This document shows, piece after piece, positions 53,690-64,000 of a stretch of 64,000 nt of DNA. A program made the translations under genes and the position numbers. The first letter of the stretch is position 1, and each line of letters starts with the position of its first letter. Origin of the DNA: Octopus sinensis (lineage: Eukaryota); the NCBI RefSeq assembly GCF_006345805.1, contig NC_043003.1:93806001-93870000 (forward strand), read 5' to 3'. The notes under the pieces were generated by a model. It had not been told where the DNA came from. It was given only the letters and a program-made list of their open reading frames with translations, and did not search any database.

Positions 53690-53990
53690 TTGAATGTCTC
53701 GCAGATTTTGACAATAGCTCTGATTGGTTGAAATTATAATCTTTTGATAAACGTGTTCTTTCAGTTTCTTTTAAAAATTTTCTCAAATTAATCACGAAAC
53801 TAAATGTTCCAATAATTATAGGTAGTAATCTAAAGCTATAATCGGGATTGTTTAGTTGAAGCTTTCTCCTCAGAGATATTTTCTTTTTCACTGATATCAA
53901 AATATTGGTATCTGCTTGGCAATTGAATTCAATTACTGTACATAATTTATCCCTCAATCTCAGCTCATTATGACTTATGAGTTATGTTTG
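53690..53990 (-). pseudogene. Degenerate RLE non-LTR 3' fragment
   Basis: RDKLCTVIEFNCQADTNI...NPDYSFRLLPIIIG resembles 4810-4980. Confidence 0.55.
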
Positions 53991-54156
53991 TACTTTATCA
54001 AAGTTTTGACAGAGCATCATTCCTCCTATTCTTTCATATCTTGCGTGATTATATCCTTCGCATCATTGTAGCTTCTTATATTTATATATTTGTATGGTCA
54101 GGATTATGGATTCGACGAATTTCCTAATAATCTTCTAACCACAACGTCATGTATCT

Positions 54157-54206
<50 letters not shown>

Positions 54207-54260
54207 GTATCTCATTAATATGAACCTTGTGAACATTTTCACACACACACATACACACAA

Positions 54261-54291
<31 letters not shown>

Positions 54292-54461
54292 CACACACAC
54301 TCGCACATACACACGTGCCTGCATACGTCCACATACAAAATATAACATTGGCGTAGGCTGCTCACAAACCCGTCCTCGATGATTAAAGTTTGATTTATTA
54401 TATCTTCCGGCCCCGCGAAGACCTCTCACTTTCAGAATAAAGCATACACACTACATAAATG

Positions 54462-54878
54462 TGTAGTGACGTCATATTCCAGTGTGCGCACACGCAACGT
54501 CATTCTTCAGTGTGCGTGTGCAGAACGTCTTTCTTCAGTGTGCGTGTGCGGGGTTGGAACCTTCTGGAACCTTCTGGAAAGGCATAAGGAAGTTTCCCCA
54601 TGCACATGCGCTAGAGACTGAAGAATAAATTCTATAGCGTTCCTTAATAGCGTTCGGGGACTTGAGGCACGGCGATCGAAGTGAAAGGACGTATTTTCAT
54701 ACGTGTGATCAACCTATTCTCCTGTCCCAGACGCTTGGGATTTAACCTATCTATTGCTGCTGAATTGTTGTAAGAATGGATACCAGTATACCATCGTGTT
54801 TCATTGTTGAATAAGAGAATAAAGAATTATATATTTCTAAACTTGCTTTTCGTTCCTGACTGGTAGTTTCTAGAAACA
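54462..54878 (+). mobile_element. Probable solo LTR (417 bp)
   Basis: TGTAG...AAACA termini, flanks AAATG/AAAAG (4 of 5 match), internal ~29-bp repeats, AATAAA near 54820. Confidence 0.6.
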
Positions 54879-55009
54879 AAAAGAAAGGAAATTGTGTTGC
54901 ACCCAAGTTGCACCCCAAAAGAAGCAACCAGTTACCTTTACAAATGTATACTGAATCCTCGTTTTAGGTATGACCACCCCCGATTTTTAGTGGGTATATT
55001 TATATTCCT

Positions 55010-55240
55010 CCAGTCATCCATCCATCCATCCATCCAAAACATACTTACCTACCTACCTACCTACCTACCTACCTACCTACCTACCTACCTACCTACCTAC
55101 CTACCTACCTACCTACCTACCTACATACCTACCTACCTACCTACCTACCTACCTACCTACATACCTACCAACCTGCCTGCCTACCTACCTACCTACCTAC
55201 CTACCTACCTACCTACCTACATACATACATACCTACATTC

Positions 55241-55294
<54 letters not shown>

Positions 55295-55313
55295 CTGTAT
55301 ATATATATATTAT

Positions 55314-55356
<43 letters not shown>

Positions 55357-55370
55357 ATATATACATATAT
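55010..55370. repeat. Compound (CCAT)(CTAC)(CATA)(ATCT)(TA) microsatellite
   Basis: Read directly; accounts for the TYLP pseudo-ORF 54894-55325. Confidence 0.95.
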
Positions 55371-55627
55371 TAATCTTGTTACTTATGATAATCTGGTTAT
55401 TTATGGAGTATTTTATATATCGTATTATGTGTCGATATGTTGTTTTTCTTTTGAGTGTTTATGTATGTGTAAATGTGTGTGTGTGTGTGCGTATATTTAT
55501 TTATTTGTATATATATAAATATTTTGGACACGACTTCTAACTGCGGACTAATTCAACTTAAACTGCCCAAAGGAGTGTGCCATTACAATAAATTACATTG
55601 TCCAAAGGATGGGTGTGTTTGCTAGAA

Positions 55628-55688
<61 letters not shown>

Positions 55689-55972
55689 ATATATATATAT
55701 ATTATATATACATATATTAATCTTGTACTTATGATAATCTGGTTATTTATGGAGTATTTTATATATCGTATTATGTGTCGATATGTTGTTTTTCTTTTGA
55801 GTGTTTATGTATGTGTAAATGTGTGTGTGTGTGTGCGTATATTTATTTATTTGTATATATATAAATATTTTGGACACGACTTCTAACTGCGGACTAATTC
55901 AACTTAAACTGCCCAAAGGAGTGTGCCATTACAATAAATACATTGTCCAAAGGATGGGTGTGTTTGCTAGAA

Positions 55973-56046
<74 letters not shown>

Positions 56047-56468
56047 ATACACAATAATACCTATATAGCAATCCCCATAATACATTCACACACAAAAATA
56101 GAGTTTGAATTCACTTCATAAATTAAAACAGATTAGGAGGTATGTATTTTTTTTATATATTCAAAAGAAAAACATATACATATACCCCCTCACATATACA
56201 TATACATACGTACTAAACTCGATATATACAACAACATATTCACACCCACACCCATATAGATAAATAAATTTATATATAAAACAACATATCGACACATAAT
56301 ACGATATATAAAATACTCCATAAATAACCAGATTATCATAAGTAACAAAGATTGACATAAGGAGAAAAAAAATACATACCTCCTAATCTGTTTTAATTTA
56401 TGAAGTGAATTCAAACTCTATTTTTGTGTGTGAATGTATTATGGGGATTGCTATATAGGTATTATATA

Positions 56469-56513
<45 letters not shown>

Positions 56514-56620
56514 TATATTCTAGCAAACACACCCGTCCTTTGGATAATGTAATTTATTGTAATGGCACACTCCTTTGGGCAGTTTAAGTTGAATTAGTCC
56601 GCAGTTAGAAGTCGTGTCCA
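55371..56620. repeat. Local tandem duplication plus rearranged inverted duplication
   Basis: 55371-55640 repeated at 55718-55984; reverse complements of its parts at 56281-56353 and 56505-56620; 56044-56150 inverted at 56372-56464. Confidence 0.9.
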
Positions 56621-56816
56621 GTTGGTAAATGTAAAATGTATAATCACCAATTTCGTTAGCGGTTTATTATATGGTATTAAACAACATAGGTAATGAATAA
56701 AGTTTTTTGAACACAAATTTGGCAGTTCGTCATAAATAACCGCATTGAAGATTGTTTTCAATGAAATTCATGTATGATAAAAAGCCCAGCGACTGACCGA
56801 TGGCTTTGATTTGCCC

Positions 56817-57053
56817 CTACATAGAGCTTTTAAGTTTGTAATGGTTTGAAGTCGCATTGTCCTTTGTTTCATCCGTTTCAGACTTTGAATCCTTAACGGT
56901 TGCAGAAGTTGAAGTTGCGTGTACTGCACGGGCAGCAGCATCGTAGGTAGCCTGCAGGAGCCTCTGGTCTTGAGTTTCATTATCCCGATAACCTCTGGCT
57001 TTGACGGCAGCGTGGGACAGTCTATCAATGCCTAGTTGGCATTGCAGGGTTAT
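56817..57053 (-). CDS. Candidate terminal coding exon of an unidentified host gene
   Basis: Acceptor atcttcactttgcag|ATA; the only long open frame is ITLQCQLGIDRLSHAAVKARGYRD...KLKSSM*; higher GC than flanks; AATAAA at 56668-56663. No family recognised. Confidence 0.4.
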   Translation of the reverse strand: MTLQCQLGIDRLSHAAVKARGYRDNETQDQRLLQATYDAAARAVHATSTSATVKDSKSETDETKDNATSNHYKLKSSM

Positions 57054-57696
57054 CTGCAAAGTGAAGATAGAGTGGGTTGGTTAAGTCGAATGCCTGAATG
57101 ATGTTTGTCATACTATTGTTTGCTGACTGATTTCAGAAAATTGTTGCAATGGTCTTAGGAAGGGTAGGGACATTTGAGCCTTAGGGCATTCTGGTCAAAC
57201 ATTGTCTTAAGGTATTTAAATTAGTTAAAAGTTGATTTAAATTGCATGTTGCAACTTTGAATGAGTAAAAGCAGAGAATACATATAATATGGATTAATTT
57301 CTGAAGGCATTTAAAAAATGACTATAAATTGATTTAAATTACATCGATACCTCATGGAAGTGCTAATGTGCAACTATCGGCGGTTTGCAGTGAATAGGCA
57401 TTGTAAAAACCGTAGTAGAAGATGAAGTGAAAGCAGCATATCTACGCTATCAAGAGTAATGTACCTTGAAGCTACGATCGTTGGTATTTGCTATTTACCT
57501 ATAAGAAAGTGTTTTCGTCCTTTAGAGGTAACATTACTCATGTGGAAAACTGGAAGAGCCTATGATCATCTCTTGAACATAAGTGATGTATGTTCCCAGC
57601 TTGAAAGAAATCGGATGAAAAATATTGATTTTAAGGGGGATCAAGAAAAAGGCCCGTGTACACACAAACGTGCGCGCACACACACACACATCTTCC

Positions 57697-57739
<43 letters not shown>

Positions 57740-58032
57740 TCGCTCACTCTATCTTATATCTCGCTCTCTTTCTCTTTCTCCGCATATTGCTCCCTATTAT
57801 AGACACACACACATATCTTCCGTTTTATTATATATAGAGATATCGGTCGCTCTATCTCATATCTCACTCTCTTTCTCTTTCTCCTCCTCTCGCTCCCTAT
57901 TATACAAACACACACATACACACACATATACGCACACGCGTACACACACACACGTACACGCGTACACACAGTGAATATATAAACTGAGTCTACTTGAGTT
58001 TTGCGTATGTAATTAGCGAAAGTGCTTATATA

Positions 58033-58066
<34 letters not shown>

Positions 58067-58100
58067 CATATATATATATATAAATGTATATATATATGTA

Positions 58101-58197
<97 letters not shown>

Positions 58198-58766
58198 ATA
58201 TATATATAGTTGATTTTTATGAAAACAAAAAAAGAAAAAAGAAACTAGCTTGAATCTCGGTTCATTTGCTGAAATGCCAACATTTACAAAACATTGCAGT
58301 TTTGTCCCCAGTTTACATTTATAATTTTGTTAAAAAAAAAAACTTCCTTTTGACTTGGTATTAATATCAAATAGACATTAACAGAGTAGGATAGTAAAAA
58401 ATGAATTCGACCACAATAGGGAAACATATTGTGCGTCAAAATTCTATGGGTTTCTAATTTTGAATGCATTATGTTTCTAACGGAATCTGGCCACTCGAGA
58501 CTAGTTATAATTTCATTTATTCTAGATTGTAAAGCACTTATTTATTTAGGAGCATAACTCAATTTTTCAATGCATACTAGAGAGTATATTATCTTTCAGT
58601 GCTGTGAGAATATCACAAAATGAAGTGAAAAGGGTACTTTTTTCTATAACAAAATATATTGAAGAATAGAGTAGTTCATTAAAAATGATTGTGGTCGATG
58701 TTGTGCAAATCCTAGGCAGCTTGTATCTGGAAGAGCATTGACCGATCACAGGCAATATATATATAT

Positions 58767-58821
<55 letters not shown>

Positions 58822-58979
58822 ATGTATATGTTTGCTTATTTAAGACAGTAGGATGTGATTCGAGGAGATCTGACTGTTATTTTTGGACGGATGAGCGACT
58901 AATGCATAAGTGCGTAGTTAGAAGAATTTGCTTCACAACCGCGTGTTTTAAGCTTCAACCCTATTCTTCTCTCTTTTGG

Positions 58980-59018
<39 letters not shown>

Positions 59019-59069
59019 AATATTAAATTTCTAAATATCTCATAGAGATATGTACGGTGGTGGAGCGAT

Positions 59070-59217
59070 AGAGTGGTTGTATACTGTCAACTTAACGTGA
59101 CAGTCCTGTAAGGGAATTACACCACCGCTGTTTAGCCCTAGGAAACATCCTAGGGTTAAACAGCGGTGGTGTAATTCCCTTACAGGACTGTCACGTTAAG
59201 TTGACAGTATACAACCA

Positions 59218-59221
<4 letters not shown>
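59070..59221. repeat. Near-perfect ~150-bp palindrome (probable MITE reduced to its TIRs)
   Basis: Arms 59070-59143 and 59148-59221, one mismatch, 4-nt loop AACA. Confidence 0.9.
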
Positions 59222-59307
<86 letters not shown>

Positions 59308-59351
59308 TATATATACACATATACATACACATATATATATATATGCATACA

Positions 59352-60255
59352 TACACAATATGTTCGGGCTAAATTTGACAGTTTGTAGAAAAGGAAAAGA
59401 AAACAATACCCCATCCAAAAATAAAAGTATTAAAAAAGAATCAAAACCTATCAATTGAATTATAACTTGGAGATAACAGTTTACTCAAAGTAGCCACCCT
59501 CAGCTTCCACTACCACAGCCTCAAGAGGGCTGCGGAACCTAATGCATCCATTCCTTTCTGTGTGTCCCTGGGATGATCTTCGAATACCTCTTGATCTTGG
59601 CCACCAGGTTGGCCTTGCAGGCAGGGCAGTTGATTTCTTTCTCAACCGCGTCCCACAATGTATGAGATTCCAATCGGTGGAATTAGGGAGGCTAAAATTA
59701 GGGGGCTGGTGAAGTCGTAGAAATTCCCCCACTGCCGCTTCTGACTCTTTATGGAGGTATGGCAAGAAGCTGAATACTGCTAGCCACCCTCAGCTTCCAC
59801 TACCACAGCCTCAAGAGGGCTGCGGAACCTAATGCATCCATTCCTTTCTGTGTGTCCCTGGGATGATCTTCGAATACCTCTTGATCTTGGCCACCAGGTT
59901 GGCCTTGCAGGCAGGGCAGTTGATTTCTTTCTCAACCGCGTCCCACAATGTATGAGATTCCAATCGGTGGAATTAGGGAGGCTAAAATTAGGGGGCTGGT
60001 GAAGTCGTAGAAATTCCCCCACTGCCGCTTCTGACTCTTTATGGAGGTATGGCAAGAAGCTGAATACTGCTGTCACACATATGGCTTTCTAGCAGTAACC
60101 CTCTTCAGTCAGGGTTTGATCATAGTCTCCTGCAGCTTCCCGTAGCCATTTGAATTGAGTCTAAGACCATGTTCAAAGATGCGGGACGGCATGACCTCAT
60201 CCTCACTAGAGACACATCCGACCACATAGGGTCAACCACTAAGTCACGTGCCTTC
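59352..60255 (-). pseudogene. DD37D/maT-type transposase 3' remnant with 290-bp tandem duplication
   Basis: WDAVEKEIN..CKANLVAKIK and RFRSPLEAVVVEAEGGYFE* motifs; TIR-like ctgtcaaatttagcccgaacatattgtgta; 59491-59780 repeated at 59781-60070. Confidence 0.8.
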
Positions 60256-60358
60256 ACACACACACACATACACGCACAATATTCATTAATTAGTAATATA
60301 AAAATAACATTACAGTCACAACGAAACCGTATTCAAACTGCAATATCTGGATGACAGT

Positions 60359-60735
60359 AAGGCGGCTAGCTGGCAGAAACGTTAGCACGCCGGGCGAAAT
60401 TCTTAGCGGTGTTTCGTCTGCCACTACGTTCTGAGTTCAAATTCCGCCGAGGTCGACTTAGCCTTTCATCCTTTCGGGGTCGATTAAATAAGTACCAGTT
60501 ACGCACTGGGGTCAATGTAATCGACTTAATCCCTTTTTCTGTCCTTGTTTGTCCCCTCCATGTTTAGCCCCTTGTGGGCAGTAAAGAAATAAATAAGCAT
60601 TTCGTCTGTCTTTACGTTCTGAGTTCAAATTCCGCCGAAGTTGACTTTGCCTTTCATCCTTTCGGGGTCGATAAATAAAGTACTAGTTATGCACTGGGGG
60701 TTAATGTAATCGACTTAATCCCTTTGTTAGAAAAG
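60359..60735 (+). mobile_element. Partially dimeric SINE with 17-bp TSD
   Basis: AATATCTGGATGACAGT at 60342-60358 and 60736-60752; a full unit followed by a second core. Confidence 0.9.
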
Positions 60736-61951
60736 AATATCTGGATGACAGTTGCATGTACCCTGCATTAATGTATAAGAGTGTGACACAGACACCAAAA
60801 TATGTGCTAGCACGTATGTTTAGGTTGATTGTGTAACCATTTCACAGCCGGTAACCAGAGAACTTGTATGTGGCTGGTCAACCTGCTAGAAATAGCGCAT
60901 GGATATGCTTCAGATAATTTCCGCTGATTCAAAAATGGGAAAGATCACATCGGGCAATACAGTAATAGATAATATGTAAAAAGAGTGCTGGCCATGGATG
61001 GAATACCTATCAACAGCAACTAAACTGATTCCGATGCTACTGCTACTGCTGCTGATGATTGTAACGACAACGATGACAAATATGTCGATGATGATGATTG
61101 TAATTTCCTTAGTATCTTCCAAAGGTCGATATGAATACCCTCGATGCTAGATGCTTGCGTGTAATGAGCTTAACACGGGATGTTAATGTACATTAAATTA
61201 AGACGACTTTTATTAAATCTTTTATTCAGTAGTGAAGGTAATGTTCGTGACCCTATACAGGGCCTCCAAGAGTGGCGGAGTAGAGAGAGAAAGAGTTATG
61301 CATAAACTGGAGACCAGGTCTCAATGGTTGCGACAAAGTGGACTTGGCTAAAAGTACCCCAGGTGCCTGCTGGTGGTTTTAAACCAAGGAACCGGTTAAG
61401 TCTATCATTCATATAAATCCATGTTTTTCAACCATTTTTCGTCTATGAACTCCTTTGATTCTTATTCTACTCGGATGCATCCGCCTAGCTATTTATGTTT
61501 TTTAAATAAATCTTAAATTCATATAATCAAATTTTATTAGGCATTGTATAATAAATTGTTAAAATATTTAGTGTATTGTAAAAGTATAACTAATTTGTTG
61601 CAAATAAATTTTAACAACAAAAGCTTATATGGATCCTCAAGGGCCATATGGACTCCGATTGAGAGCCATTGATATGAACCATTGTGCGATTTAAACTCAG
61701 AATGCAAAGAAGCAGAACAAATACTGCAAGGGGCCCGGCCCGACTTTCTTACAGTTCCACTAATCCACCGCCTAGAATTTGTACATATTGTTAATCGATC
61801 CGCTAGGATGAAATGTTATATCGTCCTCGGGGACATTTGAACTCTGACCGTAGAGAATCGGAACGAATAGTGTGAAGCATTCGGAACTAGACCTTAACTA
61901 GTTTACCAGTTCGCAGTTTTACTAGTTGTTATACGGAATGTTGTTGCTTAC

Positions 61952-62143
61952 CAAGTTATGGCTGACGGTAATACTTGATGCAGAACTCCAAAGATAAAGT
62001 TAAACTGAGCATTGCAACAATTACTGTTGCTTTCTTCTGGCCTACACAAACATTGGATACGAAAACATTGCAAGCTACGGAAGCACTCTGGCATTTTCGT
62101 GTTACCCACTCCATCATTACCACGAGAATACACACGAACAGAT
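61952..62143 (-). CDS. Candidate internal exon (192 nt) of an unidentified host gene
   Basis: ctgtctgtag|AT acceptor, TTG|gtaagc donor; length a multiple of 3; one frame open end to end (SVRVYSRGNDG...LPSAIT). No family recognised. Confidence 0.3.
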
Positions 62144-62752
62144 CTACAGACAGACACATGTAGGCACGTACCGAGAAACATTCGAATATACGAACACTAA
62201 CATGCTAACATAAACACGCTGGCACACAGACACACACACATATATATATGCTCATATACATATTACACACCACACACGCTGACATACATGCTCAAATACG
62301 GAGACGCATATGTACACGAACGTGGGCACATACATACACGGATAACAATCAGTTACACACATACACATATATACTCACATGCACTGGCATACACACACGA
62401 ATTCACGCACATCATATACCGCCATACATTATACACAAGTACAGATACTAATAAACATACACATACACACATATACATGTGTAGACAAATATACGCACAC
62501 GCACTCACAAATACACACAGAAGTAGACGCACATTGACACTCTTTGCACAGTGTGTACTTGGCCACACAGTATCCTAGGAACAAAATTTCCCTCAAGTTA
62601 TATCCTAATGCCTTAATGATAAGTAAGACACCTGCTTATCTAGGTCTTGACAAATGACAGAGCGATGATGACAAGAAGATATTTATTTAATTATATTTCT
62701 ATTTAATGACAGCCAAGCTGAATCTAAACAATAATAGACAACAACAGTAACA

Positions 62753-62900
62753 GTGGAAGCGCAATGGCCCAGTGGTTAGGGAAGCGGACTCGCAGTCGTA
62801 AGAGCGCGGTTTCGATTCCCAGACCGGGCATTGTGAGTTTTTATTGACCAAAAACACCTAAGTTGTACTCTTTCACAACTTTCTCTGACTCTTTCTTCCT
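62753..62900 (+). mobile_element. tRNA-derived SINE (OR-like), 3' truncated
   Basis: ggaagcgcaaTGGCCCAGTGGttaggg...gGTTTCGATTccc head. Confidence 0.8.
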
Positions 62901-64000
62901 ACTTCTGCCAAAAAGCAGAGGAACCATGGTGTAACCCACTATGGTGTGGTAAACTTTCAGTCCCTAGTCTAGATTGCGTATCCTCTGTACCCCAGGCACC
63001 ACCCTTTAAAACCACCGTTTATGGAATAAGGATAACAACGTAGCTTTCTCGCCCGTGCAACCGCCAGTCTATCGCATGTAGTGGATCTTCAAGTTGCCAC
63101 ACGCATTCTTAGTAGCTTAGAGTAGGCTCAAATTAGAGATTATTCTTTGTGGCTAATGGCGTGAGTCCTGATCGGAAGAAGAAGACAACAGCAACAGTAG
63201 TAACCACAATTTTTGAATTAAACTTCCAGTTATTTAGTGATATTTATAGTATTAATATTGTATACATGCTATAACTCAACACGACTATTTTCAATACAAA
63301 TATTCAGAAACAATAAAATCAATACTGGTGTTCAATCCTTCAACTTAGATCTTCAACGAACGTAAAGTAGTCTAATAGTTTATCTATTCTGTTTCCTATT
63401 TCCACTTGTTCATGATACTTTTGAATGTAAAATATCACAAATACCATTGGAAACGAATAATGATGTATTAATCACTTCCTGATTATTGTTACATGGTCAG
63501 ATAGTCACAGCATAGTTCCCCAAAATTGTATCGTAGCCACGCCTTTTGCAGACTTGTTATTTCCAGATTTAGACATGTCTTCACTCTAGATAATTTGCGG
63601 TCCGAACGTAGAGAAGTTTGGGAAAGTAACGTCATCTAAAACCATTTAAAACGTGATATATCTAAACTGTCTTCCCCAACGAATTTGGTCACACTATTCA
63701 AGCAAAATCTACAAGTATTCTGTGAGTCCATTCGCTAAGTGCTTGTGAGAACTCAGTTTTAGTCTTTCTGCTATAGAGACCTCAATGAATTTGTATCGAA
63801 AAAGAATGTGGGAGAAAACTTTGTACACTATCAATTATTTCTATCTATGACTAAGAACTTTTGAACTGCATTGTCGCGCACATTTGTAAACTCATAAAAA
63901 TGTTTCGTTATAGTACACACAAAAAAATAGTAGTAATCTTGTATATAATGAAACATCGTTCATTGTACTGATTTTTACTGTTTCTTTATTGGCGTTTGAC

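Overview
AT-rich, microsatellite-laden eukaryotic DNA with no intact protein-coding gene. The SINE families and repeat style suggest an octopus or other coleoid cephalopod; this is an inference, not a database result. The window is mostly transposon remnants: tRNA-headed SINEs, R4/Dong-type restriction-like-endonuclease LINEs in (AAT)n tracts, L1/Tx1-type LINEs, an RTE LINE, Penelope-like pieces, Tc1, two mariners, a DD37D/maT, a hAT, a Helitron and a probable solo LTR. Two minus-strand segments (61952-62143, 56817-57053) look like exons of an unidentified host gene. Highlights: (i) two copies of a ~720-bp Penelope-type repeat carrying a minimal type I hammerhead ribozyme between a TATA-like box and an AATAAA, with an intact core at 47356-47434; (ii) a TSD-flanked ORF1-only L1/Tx1 derivative, similar to mammalian HAL1, nested in a Tc1; (iii) a 1.4-kb array of ~73-bp units built from STAT GAS-type and kB/HSE-like motifs; (iv) a SINE whose 3' tail resembles the local Tx1 3' end; (v) a three-part R4/Tx1 chimera; (vi) long fold-backs. 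Boundaries were read by eye and are approximate unless a TSD or terminal motif is quoted.
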